Shown: positions 39,119-49,294 of the stretch, in pieces
Layout of the letters: every line of letters starts with the position of its first letter
How positions within the stretch are numbered: the first letter of the stretch is position 1
NCBI GenBank assembly: GCA_965112635.1
Contig: OZ218778.1
Span: forward strand, 1,952,001-2,016,000
Direction of reading: 5' to 3'
Source: an uncultured bacterium
Lineage (GTDB): Bacteria; Oederibacteriota; Oederibacteriia; Oederibacteriales; Oederibacteriaceae
Length of the DNA: 64,000 nucleotides
The notes under the pieces: model-generated
What the model saw: the letters and a program-made list of their open reading frames with translations, nothing else
What the model was told of the DNA's origin: nothing
Databases searched by the model: none
Translations under genes and position numbers: made by a program

Positions 39119-39190
39119 TGAAATATTAAAATATATTCAACTTGCAAAGGTTCAATGCTAAAATTGTTTTCCTAAAATTCAAATTAAGGT

Positions 39191-39265
39191 TCCCCGGTAG
39201 CTCAATGGCGGAGCATCCGGCTGTTAACCGGAGGGTTGCTGGTTCGAGCCCAGCCCGGGGAGCCA
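39191..39265 (+). tRNA. tRNA-Asn (GTT)
   Basis: Acceptor stem TCCCCGG/CCGGGGA, anticodon arm TCCGG-CTGTTAA-CCGGA, GGTTCGAG T-loop, encoded CCA. Confidence 0.97.
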
Positions 39266-39383
39266 GTTTTATCCTTCTGTGGTCTTCTCCATTATAAAAC
39301 CGCCTGTTTATTCCTTGTGCTTGCGAAACTGATTACCAGCGGTAGAATATTACTCAACGAATGCAAGAAAGCAGGTCGGGATA

Positions 39384-39842
39384 ATGAAAAAGATGATTTT
39401 GGAGCAGAGGGGTTTTACGCTTATCGAGCTTATGATCGTTGTTGCCATTATAGGTATTCTTGCGGCCATAGCGATCCCTAAATTTACTTCAATGTTGGAA
39501 AAATCTCGGGAGGGGGCCACCAAGGGGAACTTGGGAGCCATCCGGTCGGCGATAGCGATTTATTATGGGGACAGGGAGGGAGTCTGGCCAACTACTATTA
39601 ACCATATGACGTGGGGGAGTTATTTGATGTCGTCGTATTTAGATTCACTACCGCCTGTTGTGGCTACTTATTCCACAGACAATGTGCACGATCCGGCTGG
39701 AAATGACGTGACCTATCTTTGGACCCCTGGACTGGCTCCGCCTTCCACCGGCAGGGGTTGGGGATATGATAAATGGTTTGGTCTGATGTACGTGAACAGC
39801 ACTATGATCGATTCGAAGGGTGTTCCTTATAGCTCTTATTAA
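39384..39842 (+). CDS. Type IV pilin / T2SS pseudopilin (GspG-like)
   Basis: RG|FTLIELMIVVAIIGILAAIAIP prepilin motif. Confidence 0.92.
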   Translation: MKKMILEQRGFTLIELMIVVAIIGILAAIAIPKFTSMLEKSREGATKGNLGAIRSAIAIYYGDREGVWPTTINHMTWGSYLMSSYLDSLPPVVATYSTDNVHDPAGNDVTYLWTPGLAPPSTGRGWGYDKWFGLMYVNSTMIDSKGVPYSSY

Positions 39843-39909
39843 GAATAAATCAAACCTTTGGTTTGCCTCTAAACAGATTTCAAAATTAGGATCCAGAATT
39901 ACTCGCTAA

Positions 39910-41067
39910 TTATCGGAGAAAAAATTGTTCGATCTTAGACCAGTATTGTTTAAAGCTGTCAGCATGAGCTGCGAACTGAGCGATAAAAGTGGCAATGGGC
40001 ACCGAGATAGTGGTGATGAATCTAGATATGGAATGGACGTCAAGCGGCCAAACCGGCATCTGTTCAGCCAGCTGATATAGGAAGTTCAATGATTGTATTT
40101 TGAGAGCGTTGTCTTTGGAATACTTCCTCGTCCCTAAATCTGCAGCGAAAACCTCGTGGGTCCTCTGAAATTCCTGGTGAAGCCTGAGGAGAAGCTTTTC
40201 TTTTTCGGATGACATCTGTTTGTGGGTTTTTGAAAGACCAAAAGCCAAGATTAAAAAGCTCGCAAGGATAAATAAAATAAAAGTTCCAACAAATAATATG
40301 TTTTTCAGCGAGTCTGGCTCAAAGATGGCGACTAAAGAAAGAAATAAGAGCACGATTCCGAGGAAGTAATTGAGAGCAACCGAAAGGCTTCCCATGACTT
40401 TCAGGCCACCGCATTTATCCGGATGCATAGGTTGAAAGTTCAATTTTAGGGAGGATACCTTCCTTAAGAGCCAGAGTGTGACGCCGCATTTGAAGGGGAT
40501 TAATATGACCATGTAATAGTTACAGACGACAAATATCCTGAAATAGAAAGAAGTGACCCCTCCGTTGATACCAAACCATGCTGTCTTGTAGCTGACAAGA
40601 ATATAGGCGTTGATCAATAATGAGGTTAGAAATGCCAGGACGACCACCGTTTTGTTTTCATAAAGTCTCTGCGCCTTATGGGCGATCTCTTCGACGCGAT
40701 CAGGGGTTGTTTTGAGGGCATTGTCCAGCATTAAGGTAGAAATAAACCGGTCGATCTTTGAATAAAGATTTAATAGAGCTGCGGCTCCCAAGGGTGTGAT
40801 TAGACCGATATTAATTAGGGCTAGAAAATCGCGGGACATCGCAGGGGAGTAAGACTTATCAAAAAGAAGCCCGGTCATGCCTCCCAGGAGAATTGTTACA
40901 AGAAGAGAGCAAGTGAAATAGCCTCCCAGGATCAATGTTGGGTTTTTAGTAAAAAGATGCGTCAGGGTCCAAAAAATAATGTCATTCTTGCTGGAAATCA
41001 AACGGTACCGGTCTTGTTCGTGTCTACGTATCATAATGTTATTTACTTTCCTTTTATTTTCTTTCAA
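39910..41067 (-). CDS. Hypothetical multi-pass membrane protein
   Basis: 385-aa ORF with several hydrophobic helices and HPDKCGGL / P.WP motifs. Confidence 0.7.
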   Translation of the reverse strand: MKENKRKVNNIMIRRHEQDRYRLISSKNDIIFWTLTHLFTKNPTLILGGYFTCSLLVTILLGGMTGLLFDKSYSPAMSRDFLALINIGLITPLGAAALLNLYSKIDRFISTLMLDNALKTTPDRVEEIAHKAQRLYENKTVVVLAFLTSLLINAYILVSYKTAWFGINGGVTSFYFRIFVVCNYYMVILIPFKCGVTLWLLRKVSSLKLNFQPMHPDKCGGLKVMGSLSVALNYFLGIVLLFLSLVAIFEPDSLKNILFVGTFILFILASFLILAFGLSKTHKQMSSEKEKLLLRLHQEFQRTHEVFAADLGTRKYSKDNALKIQSLNFLYQLAEQMPVWPLDVHSISRFITTISVPIATFIAQFAAHADSFKQYWSKIEQFFLR

Positions 41068-41389
41068 TAATTGTCCTGAAGATACAAGATAAAAACTCTC
41101 TTTTTGATTGAAGTTTTATTTACTACTTATTGTAAGCGGTCAGTTTTCATCATCTTCTATATCTTACCAGCAAAAGGTATAATCTAAACATGCAGAACGA
41201 TTTGGTCAAGAGGGAATCCAGAACGTCTTCAAATATAATTTGTTAACGACCAACACCCGACTTCTTGCAGTGTCCTTTGTTGCCGCTTTAATTTTTGCTT
41301 ATGTTGCCAGAGGTTTGAGCAAGATATTTTACAAGAAGAAAACCGTTTGAACCGCTTGAGATGACACGTTATTTGTCAGGGGAGTTTGT

Positions 41390-42280
41390 GTGATTAAGGG
41401 ATTCTCATTTATTGCAATGGCAGCGGTCCTATGGGGGGGCATCGCAGTTATTTTCAACCTAGTAGCCAGGAAAAATATCAATATCTACGCATTTTATGGC
41501 TTCAGTTTATTTTTTGGGATATTATGTTCGTCGTTTTTTGTCCATTGGGGCATCCTCTTCAAGGGTCCTGTGGATAGATTAGTCCCTTTAGTGCTTTTAA
41601 ACTCCTTTAGTGGCGTTCTTACTATGGTTGCCACCCTATTATTAATCGTTGCCATGGGTCAGGGCCATAGCTCTCTTGTCTGGACCATCACCCAGTCGGC
41701 CATTGTGGTCCAATTTGTTTATTCGACTCTTTTCTGGAATGAAAGCCTCAGTTTGAATCAGCTGTTGGGGTTGGCAGCCATATTCCTCAATTTTGTGTTT
41801 ATTTCCGCTGGCCGAAGCGAGCGGGACGGCCAAAACGGCAGGGGATTCAGTGGAAATCAACTTATCCTTGTGTTATCTAGTTTTATTTTGAACGGCATAG
41901 CCCAGATCATGTTCATTGCCCCGTCACATTGGATAAATTGGCAGGACACCACGGGAGCGCGGGTCCTGTTATTTTACATGGTGCCTGGGATTCTAATGGT
42001 TTGGAGTGTGGTCCGCTCGGGGCGAAAGATTGATAAGGCCGGAGTTGGTCTTGGTTTTCTGATGGCAGTCCTCAGCGTCGCGGGAATGCTTTTATTGTCT
42101 GCTGCACTCAACATTTTTGCCCTGCTAAGGATTTCGAAGATCGTTTACCCTATTACGACCGCCGGGAGTATCGTGCTTTTCGCCTTTTATTCTTTCTTGT
42201 TCCTTGGAGAATCTTTTAATTTGAGAAAATGGTCAGGGATTATCTTGGGGATCCTAGGGATTATATTGATAAGTGTTTGA
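41390..42280 (+). CDS. DMT/EamA-like transporter
   Basis: About ten TM helices in two repeats; C-terminal FLGE....KW.GI.LG motif. Confidence 0.75.
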   Translation: MIKGFSFIAMAAVLWGGIAVIFNLVARKNINIYAFYGFSLFFGILCSSFFVHWGILFKGPVDRLVPLVLLNSFSGVLTMVATLLLIVAMGQGHSSLVWTITQSAIVVQFVYSTLFWNESLSLNQLLGLAAIFLNFVFISAGRSERDGQNGRGFSGNQLILVLSSFILNGIAQIMFIAPSHWINWQDTTGARVLLFYMVPGILMVWSVVRSGRKIDKAGVGLGFLMAVLSVAGMLLLSAALNIFALLRISKIVYPITTAGSIVLFAFYSFLFLGESFNLRKWSGIILGILGIILISV

Positions 42281-42295
42281 AGCCCGCCTTCTAAA

Positions 42296-42721
42296 TTAAA
42301 GGTATGAAATTTTTCTCTTCTTGTCTCTTTCCTGAGGTTTGTCCCGGCGGGCAGTTGGTTCCGAGGGTATCGTGAACTTTTGTTTTTGACTGCTCAGCTC
42401 TTTTAGTTTGTCAACAAGGTATTTATTGCCAGGCTTGGCTTTGAGGTTCCTCTTGTATTCCTGAATGGCTTTTTCCAATGAAGGCAGATCATCGTATGTT
42501 TCTTTCGCTGGCTGCGTTTCTTTTGGTTTAATTTGTTCCCCGGGCTTTTGTTGAGCCATAGCGTTATCTATGAGCACAATGATTTTTCTGAGGAAGGTGT
42601 TGCGGGGATCCAATTCCAAGGCGTGTCTGTAGCTATTTTTGTATTTTCGCAGTTCTTCAAGCGATAATTCGTTGGTCAGGATTTTTTTTACAAGGTTTTC
42701 GCTCAATGAACCAAATTCCAT
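42296..42721 (-). CDS. Small helical hypothetical protein (TPR-like)
   Basis: Last gene of the minus-strand operon; two related ALELDPRN / NLKAKPGN segments. Confidence 0.65.
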   Translation of the reverse strand: MEFGSLSENLVKKILTNELSLEELRKYKNSYRHALELDPRNTFLRKIIVLIDNAMAQQKPGEQIKPKETQPAKETYDDLPSLEKAIQEYKRNLKAKPGNKYLVDKLKELSSQKQKFTIPSEPTARRDKPQERDKKRKISYL

Positions 42722-42733
42722 CGATTATTTCCT

Positions 42734-43684
42734 TTAGGTAGGACCTATTTTTTTGAAATATTTTACCAAGGTCAGGCGGTTTTCCTTACCAGGGGCGGTA
42801 AAGTGCTCCACCTCGTCTACCAGTCTCTTGATCAAGGCCCGGCCACGGCCCCTGTCTTTGTAAGCTTGAGTAGAGTCGTCCTCTATCTGGGTATATTCAT
42901 ATGGTTTGCCGTGGTCGATTAAGGTCAAGGAAAACCTGTCAGCATCGATTGTGATCTCCATTTTAATGTTTTGGCTCTTCTCCCAATTCAGGGAATGTTC
43001 CATAACATTATTAACGGCCTCGTCTACAGCCAACTCAAAATCGTTGGTAAAGTCCTGAGAGAACCCTGCCTGCAAAGAAAGCAAGCCAATGAACTGCCGT
43101 ATCGTAGGGATGAGCCGTAACTCACAGGGGAATGTAAGGTCTAGTTTTTGTTTTTTGTCTTCCAGGTCCGACTTTTTGAAAGCGCTGATCTTGCCCTTAG
43201 GATCGATATAGGAAATGTTAAAGCAGTTACCGCAGGTATAAAGATCGCTGGAAGCGGCTACAATAACGGATCCACATGTGGGGCAGGCGATCTGCAGGGG
43301 AAAAGCAACTTGTTCCAGGTCTTGTTGTTTAGACTGGAGCAGGGAGTTTTTAGCGGCTGCGATGTCGGGCAAGATTTCGATGACTTTAGGAAGCCCCATC
43401 ATTTCAAGAACTTTCATGATCTTGGGAGGAACCGCGGCAAATTTAAGATCTCCGTCGATCTGAAGCAGGTCGTCAACTTTTTCCATAAATAAGCCGATCC
43501 CGGCGCTGCTGATATAGTCAAGCTTGGAAAAGTCTACGATGATTAGCTTGTTGTTCTTTTGGATAAGGGTTTGAAGGCTGGCCCTGAAATCCACCGAGGT
43601 ATTGCTGTCCAGAGATCCTGAAATCGCAACGACCGTGACGCCCTGAATATCTTTTTCTGTGACTGCAAATTTGAAGTCCGGCAT
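42734..43684 (-). CDS. STAS anti-anti-sigma + zinc ribbon + RsbW-like anti-sigma kinase fusion
   Basis: LDYISSAGIG (phospho-Ser motif), CPTC..CGNC, ELAVDEAVNNVMEH, D.G, GRGR. Confidence 0.88.
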   Translation of the reverse strand: MPDFKFAVTEKDIQGVTVVAISGSLDSNTSVDFRASLQTLIQKNNKLIIVDFSKLDYISSAGIGLFMEKVDDLLQIDGDLKFAAVPPKIMKVLEMMGLPKVIEILPDIAAAKNSLLQSKQQDLEQVAFPLQIACPTCGSVIVAASSDLYTCGNCFNISYIDPKGKISAFKKSDLEDKKQKLDLTFPCELRLIPTIRQFIGLLSLQAGFSQDFTNDFELAVDEAVNNVMEHSLNWEKSQNIKMEITIDADRFSLTLIDHGKPYEYTQIEDDSTQAYKDRGRGRALIKRLVDEVEHFTAPGKENRLTLVKYFKKIGPT

Positions 43685-43692
43685 TTTATTCC

Positions 43693-45195
43693 TTATTTGT
43701 CCTGTTTTTTCAGCGCCAGCAAGGTGATGTCGTCTGCAGGCTCCACGATTCCGCTGAATTCAGTGACCCGCTGGCATATCTTGTTTACCACATCCCCCGC
43801 GGGCAATTTCAGGGATTCCAAAAGACAGCTGTTAATTCTTTCGATGCCAAATTGTTCTCCCGAAGAGTTGGTCGCCTCATTGACACCGTCGGTGTAAATC
43901 ACCACGATGTCGCCGGTTTCGAGCATTACGGTTTGGTCCTTCAAATACTGTTCGAATTTGGACCCAGCTGCGATCCCCAAGGCTACACCGTTGGATGGGA
44001 TCACTTCTACCTGGCGTGTGGAAGAGCGTGCCACCAGCAGAGGTAAATGGCCGGCGTTTGCGCATCTCAACACCCTAGTTTCTAAATCTAAAATAGCATA
44101 AAACATCGTCACAAACATGCCTTTTTTCATATTCTCACGGAAAAGAACGTTGGTTTGGGAAAGGACTCTGGAGGGGGAAGGGTTGCCTTGAACCTGTGAA
44201 CGGAGAAGACTTCGGGTCATGACCATACCTAGGGAGCCGGGGATTCCTTTGCCGGACACATCGGCCACTACGATACCGAGCAACCTGTCATTGAGCTGGA
44301 AATAGTCGAAATAATCGCCACCGATCTCCTTGGCTGGTGAATAATAGGACCGCAGTTCAAAACCCGGCAGGTCAGGGATTGTTTTGGGGAGCAGAAAGTC
44401 CTGAATCTCATGGGCGATCTGCAGCTCTTTCTTGAACTTTTCTTTTTCGATCTGTTCGAGCTGGGCCTGCTTAAGACGGCCGGTCATGTCATTGAAAGCA
44501 TAAGCTAGTTCTCCCAGTTCATCCTTGCTGGAAATATCAATTTTATGTTCAAAATTTCCAGTGGCCAAGAATGAAACGCCGGCGCTCAGATTCTTGAGGG
44601 GGTTCAGTAACCACCTCACTAACAAAGAGGAGCTCAGGATGCCCAACACGAGGGCTATAAGGGTGATGTAGAGTATAAGCTGTGCCACATGGGCTACGGC
44701 CAATTTGATCTCGTGGTCTGAAAACCCGATCCTAACCAAACCTATTTTTTTAGTTTTAACGACCATGGGCATGGATATGTCATAGCCGCTTTCGCCGTCC
44801 AGGTTCTTGAAGGGTTGGACGAGCAACGAATCCGCTGACAAAGCCTGCAGGGTCAAAGGGTCTGTGAATTTTTTATTTTTGGCCACCGTGTGGTCGGAGT
44901 GCGAGATTACTTCTCCCTCGGAGTTAAGGACCATGGCATAAAGGATGGATTTCTCCTGCATGAGCCTGTCCAGGGAAACGCCGAGTAAAAGTTCGTCGCC
45001 AGTCAGAAGATTTTCCGTACTATTCGAAGCTAGGTTGGCGACAAGCGCCTGGCCTTTTTTAACCATTTCATTGACCAATGGTTTTTTGACCTGTTGGAGG
45101 GTAATCCAGGCAACCAAGCTCATTATGATGACGATCAAGGCGCCGACAAAAAGTCCGAATTTTACTTTAAGACTCAAGCCTCTTTTTGGGTTCAA
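43693..45195 (-). CDS. Membrane sensor PP2C phosphatase (Cache-HAMP-SpoIIE/RsbU)
   Basis: Two TMs; HAMP DELGELA..FN; GGDYFD, ADVSGKG, YTDGV.E, DDITL. Confidence 0.92.
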   Translation of the reverse strand: MNPKRGLSLKVKFGLFVGALIVIIMSLVAWITLQQVKKPLVNEMVKKGQALVANLASNSTENLLTGDELLLGVSLDRLMQEKSILYAMVLNSEGEVISHSDHTVAKNKKFTDPLTLQALSADSLLVQPFKNLDGESGYDISMPMVVKTKKIGLVRIGFSDHEIKLAVAHVAQLILYITLIALVLGILSSSLLVRWLLNPLKNLSAGVSFLATGNFEHKIDISSKDELGELAYAFNDMTGRLKQAQLEQIEKEKFKKELQIAHEIQDFLLPKTIPDLPGFELRSYYSPAKEIGGDYFDYFQLNDRLLGIVVADVSGKGIPGSLGMVMTRSLLRSQVQGNPSPSRVLSQTNVLFRENMKKGMFVTMFYAILDLETRVLRCANAGHLPLLVARSSTRQVEVIPSNGVALGIAAGSKFEQYLKDQTVMLETGDIVVIYTDGVNEATNSSGEQFGIERINSCLLESLKLPAGDVVNKICQRVTEFSGIVEPADDITLLALKKQDK

Positions 45196-45234
45196 AACCT
45201 TCTCCTTAACTCACCGCATTCTATATTTAATGGG

Positions 45235-47166
45235 CTATTGGGACTCAATAAGGATCTCAACCCGGCGGTTTTGAGCCCGGCCCTCCTCATTACTGTTGGA
45301 AGCCAAGGGCTTTTTCTCGCCAAACCCTTTGATGATCATGCGTTCCGGGGCGATCTTGCCCTTTTCGATCAGATAATAGTATACGCTTTTAGCCCTGGCC
45401 TCGGAAAGCTCAAGGTTGTTCTTATAGGCTGAGGTCGACGCTGGCGGGACATTGTCGGTATATCCTTCGATCCGGATTTTTACTTGGGGGTATTCAGAAA
45501 GCAATGAAGCGATCTTGTCAAGACTGCCGAAGGCGCCGCTTTTCAGGTCGGTTTTTCCGGAGTCAAAAAGCATTTTTTCAGAAAGGGTCAGCCGGCTTCC
45601 TTCCTTGTCCTGTTTGACCTGGATGTTGTTGAGAGCGCCGGATTGGATCGAAGCAAAGATCGTTTCTTCGACCTCCGCAATCCTGCCCGCCTCATCCGTA
45701 ATTTTGGCTTTTATATTATTAGGGCCTTCTTTCAGGTTCATAAAGGCGCTGAAAGTGCGGGTCTGGGGGTTTAGGGATGCTTTGATGGAGCCGGGGTCCA
45801 GGACGATGCTTTCTATATTGGATTTATTGTAGGTGCCCTGGATGGTCTGCATCCCAACCCCCGACTCTTCCGGAGCTTTTGTAAAGGCAAGGGCTGGCAC
45901 CAGGGTGTCCACTTTGATGGATGCTACCGTCTCGTTGGAGCGGCCTTGGCTATCTTCGGCCGTAAGGCGAATATGGTAGTAATCGTTCAAGTTGACCAAA
46001 CTTTTGGGGTCCCAAATCACCGAAAGCGAGCCGTCGGCGTTGCTGGTCATGGTAAGTCCCTTGGTCATCCATAGGTCAGGCAAGTTCAAAGAGCTGTAGG
46101 AGACTTCCACTTTACCCATGGCCACGCTGCTGGAAACGAACCCGGTGATCATTAACGGTTGGTCAACATTGGTCACAAAACGGGTGGGCAGGGTGAGCTC
46201 CACTTGGGGAATTTCCTTGTCCAGCCGAGCTAGCCCGTTGTCCGTGCCGAACCAGACGTAATTACCCTGAATGGCGATAGCCGTTACCGAACCATCCACC
46301 AGGCCGTCCTCCACCGAGTAAGATCTCCAGGAATGATCATGGGTGTCGTACCTGCTGACACCGTCAAAAGTACCTGCCCAGAGATAGCGCCCGTCATGGG
46401 CCAGTGCCTGTAAAAAGTCGTCCTTGAGGCCGTCCTTATTTTGGTACATGGTCCACATGGTTGTGGCACGGTCAAAGACCCGCAAGCCACCCCCATTGGT
46501 GCCGGACCAGATGCGGTCGCCTTCGATGCTGAGAACAATGTTGGTGTACATGAGGGATTCGGAGTTAAAGAGGGTCCAGCGGTCCCGCTGAGGCAAATAA
46601 CGATTGATGTTCGCCCCGACGGTCCCGACCAGTATTTCCTCTCCATCCGAAGCGATGGCTTTGATAAAGCTGTTGGAAAGCCCGTCCTGGTCAGTGAAGG
46701 TTCGCCATTTATTCTGAGAGTATTTAAACAGCGAGATGCCCTTGGGAGTGCCCACCCACAGGTCTCCCTTGGCCAGACATAAAGCCGTGACCACCGGATC
46801 GGCAAGTCCGTCTTGGGTCCCGTAGGAGCGGAACGAGCCATTTTGTTTGTCGTAAACCCAAAGGCCCTGTTCCGTGCCACACCAAATCTTATCCGGGCCG
46901 GTCAGCAGGCAGGTGATTGCCGCAGACCCGGGGCCCCCGTTTTTACCCATGGGGGTAAATTTTTGAGAATCTGGGTCAAAGACACAAAGGCCGGCACCAG
47001 TCCCGATCCACAATTTGGACCCGTCCACAGCCAGAGCCTTGACGCTGTTATTCACCAGGCCTTCTTTGGTCGTAAAAGTAGTGAAAGGGCCGGCGGCTAG
47101 ACTGGCAGGGACCAGTCCCAGCCATAAGAGGGAAAAGCATTTTGTGTACCATGTTAGTTTGGACAT
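45235..47166 (-). CDS. Secreted beta-propeller (two-component regulator propeller-like) + Ig-like + OmpA domain protein
   Basis: Repeated 'DGL..N.V.A.A.D...W.GT..GL'; LFDSGK, IEGYTD, LSEARA, NRRVEI; AAGGAG RBS before ATG 47166. Confidence 0.88.
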   Translation of the reverse strand: MSKLTWYTKCFSLLWLGLVPASLAAGPFTTFTTKEGLVNNSVKALAVDGSKLWIGTGAGLCVFDPDSQKFTPMGKNGGPGSAAITCLLTGPDKIWCGTEQGLWVYDKQNGSFRSYGTQDGLADPVVTALCLAKGDLWVGTPKGISLFKYSQNKWRTFTDQDGLSNSFIKAIASDGEEILVGTVGANINRYLPQRDRWTLFNSESLMYTNIVLSIEGDRIWSGTNGGGLRVFDRATTMWTMYQNKDGLKDDFLQALAHDGRYLWAGTFDGVSRYDTHDHSWRSYSVEDGLVDGSVTAIAIQGNYVWFGTDNGLARLDKEIPQVELTLPTRFVTNVDQPLMITGFVSSSVAMGKVEVSYSSLNLPDLWMTKGLTMTSNADGSLSVIWDPKSLVNLNDYYHIRLTAEDSQGRSNETVASIKVDTLVPALAFTKAPEESGVGMQTIQGTYNKSNIESIVLDPGSIKASLNPQTRTFSAFMNLKEGPNNIKAKITDEAGRIAEVEETIFASIQSGALNNIQVKQDKEGSRLTLSEKMLFDSGKTDLKSGAFGSLDKIASLLSEYPQVKIRIEGYTDNVPPASTSAYKNNLELSEARAKSVYYYLIEKGKIAPERMIIKGFGEKKPLASNSNEEGRAQNRRVEILIESQ

Positions 47167-47213
47167 AATAACTCCTTTCCTTACCCCTGTTGAAAACATT
47201 GTGGTCGCACCGT

Positions 47214-49148
47214 TCATCCTGGTGAAACGCCCATTACTTTCAGATTTTTAATCTTGTTCTGTACCCTTTTTAAGAAAAGAGCCGCCTTTTGATTGTCCGG
47301 GTCAAGGCTGCAGCTTTTACGCCAGCTGGCTTCGGCCTCTTCCAGTTTATTCTCCCTGTAATAGTAAATCCCCAGGCCGACGGTGGCTTTGACCAGGTAT
47401 TGCTTGATGAGATTGTTCATGGGGTCGTATTGGAGGGCTTCCTCCCATTCCTTGACCGCGTCCGCGTAATTACTTTCGTTGTAAAAGTTAATGCCTTTAA
47501 GATAATGGCTTTGCACTTTGTCATTGTAGTCAGTTTGGGTCTTGACCAAGGCGAGCCGGGCCTCTTCCATGGTGGGGTCCGCGTCCAAGGCGTGCTGAAA
47601 ATTGTCTATGGCATTTTGCATTTCTTTTTTGGCCAGGAATTCGTTGGCCTTGTCAAAGAACTGTTGAGCGATCTTCCGGACCAACTCTTTGGCCTCGGCG
47701 TTATTGGGGTCTATTTCCAAGGCCTGGTGAAGAGGATCCAGGCTCTCTGTCCACTTTCCTTGGTCGAACAAGTCCTTGCCTGTTTTAAAGACTTTGTCTC
47801 CATAGTCTTTCTTTTGCTGGGACTCTTTCATCTTGTCCCTGGCTTTGGCGATGCGTTCCGAGGTGTCCGAATATCCCGGATAATGGTCCAAAACTTTGCT
47901 CCAGAGGTCGCAGGCTTTGAGGTAATCTCCTTGCGCATTGGCGTCAAGGCCCTGTTTAAAAAGATCGTAAACTTTCTGGTTGGCTTCCGCCATCATTTTG
48001 CTGGCTTTATCTTCGTCCGGTTGGAGGTCCAGGATGGCCTGCCAGGCGTTGATGGCTTTTTTGTAGTTTTCGTCCCGGTAGCTGGTATCGGCCTCCTGGT
48101 AGTGTTTTTGGATCAGGTCAGAGCGTTCCTGGGAGGCTTTTTCAATGGATTTTTTAGCCACATTATCACTAGGGTCCAGATGGAGAACGTCGTTCCAGCG
48201 GTCAATGGCCTGACGGAATTTGCCTTCCTGATAAAATTTGGAGGCTTCAGCGTGGTATTGGGTAACGAGTTTTTGTAAAGCGGGGGAGAGCTCGGCTGGT
48301 CCGGCCCCGGCCTGTCCAAGGCCGAGACAAACCGTGAAAAGGTGCATTGAGTTTAAAATGCTGTGGTGGACATAGGCATAGGACCAATCGCCGTGATTGA
48401 AATTTTTCAAGGTGAGTCCCGCGGAAATGAACTGGTTATCGGGATAATTAGCTGCGCCGACCCCCAAGGCCAAACTGCCGAGATCGAACTCCAGGCCGCC
48501 TGTGGGGCAGAAGTTCGAATTCAACAGTAAGCCATCGAATGCCCCTGTCACTTTGCTGCTCAGCCAGGAAAAACTTAAACCAAGTCTTTCGTAGGCCGGA
48601 ACCGGTTGGGTGCCATTGAAAAAGGTGTAAGAAGTATTCAAATTATGAACTGTCAAGGACAACCTCTGGCAATTCAACAGGGCCGGGGTTGGGGGTATCA
48701 CCCATAAGACGCTGGCATTGATGGCGGTCCCGGACGGACCTGTCTGATCGCTAGAATTTTGAACGAGCTGGACCGTGCTGCCGATGGATAATGAAGGGAA
48801 AAGTTTGAGAGAAAGGGCGGCGGCGTAAATCTGGGTGTCGGCCAGGAAAGGGCCCGCGGCAAAGCCTATTTCATCGGTCAGCTTGGTGGCAAACTGGCCA
48901 AAATTATAGGAATTGGAATTCATTCCTAAATAGGAGTAGGATAATTCTCCTTCTTCCAAAAAGGAAAGGGCGGCTGGATCATAAAACAGCGCTGTGCCGC
49001 CTTCCGGGAGAGCGCCTCCTGCCCCGCCTAAAGCTATGGACCGGGCTCCCTCGCCGAGGGGGAAGTAGTAAGCTCTAGCGCCTCCAGGAAAAATGGTTAA
49101 GAAAATGATGAGTGCTATAAAGATCAGTTTTAATCGGTGTGTAGGCAA
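47214..49148 (-). CDS. PorV/FadL-like barrel fused to multiple TPRs
   Basis: Signal peptide; GARSIALGGAG..ALFYDPAAL barrel N-motif; DWSYAY..H; about seven TPR-like repeats. Confidence 0.75.
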   Translation of the reverse strand: MPTHRLKLIFIALIIFLTIFPGGARAYYFPLGEGARSIALGGAGGALPEGGTALFYDPAALSFLEEGELSYSYLGMNSNSYNFGQFATKLTDEIGFAAGPFLADTQIYAAALSLKLFPSLSIGSTVQLVQNSSDQTGPSGTAINASVLWVIPPTPALLNCQRLSLTVHNLNTSYTFFNGTQPVPAYERLGLSFSWLSSKVTGAFDGLLLNSNFCPTGGLEFDLGSLALGVGAANYPDNQFISAGLTLKNFNHGDWSYAYVHHSILNSMHLFTVCLGLGQAGAGPAELSPALQKLVTQYHAEASKFYQEGKFRQAIDRWNDVLHLDPSDNVAKKSIEKASQERSDLIQKHYQEADTSYRDENYKKAINAWQAILDLQPDEDKASKMMAEANQKVYDLFKQGLDANAQGDYLKACDLWSKVLDHYPGYSDTSERIAKARDKMKESQQKKDYGDKVFKTGKDLFDQGKWTESLDPLHQALEIDPNNAEAKELVRKIAQQFFDKANEFLAKKEMQNAIDNFQHALDADPTMEEARLALVKTQTDYNDKVQSHYLKGINFYNESNYADAVKEWEEALQYDPMNNLIKQYLVKATVGLGIYYYRENKLEEAEASWRKSCSLDPDNQKAALFLKRVQNKIKNLKVMGVSPG

Positions 49149-49235
49149 GCTGGTTCTCCAACATCCTTCCCGGGTTAGTCTATAAAATTCATAATAATTT
49201 TACCCCAGTAGGGTTTGTTCTACAAACCATAACTG

Positions 49236-49277
49236 AAAAAAAAGGGGGAGGCGAAATATCGCCTCCCCCTTTTTTTT
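49236..49277. terminator. Rho-independent terminator (bidirectional shape)
   Basis: A8-GGGGGAGGCGA-AATA-TCGCCTCCCCC-T8 downstream of the minus-strand gene ending at 49295. Confidence 0.9.
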
Positions 49278-49294
49278 GTTTCAGAATCGGTCGG

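Noticed and set aside
39191-41380. tRNA-Asn as an integration site for an island
   Set aside because: Downstream DNA is somewhat AT-richer, but I saw no integrase and no duplicated tRNA 3' end in the window.
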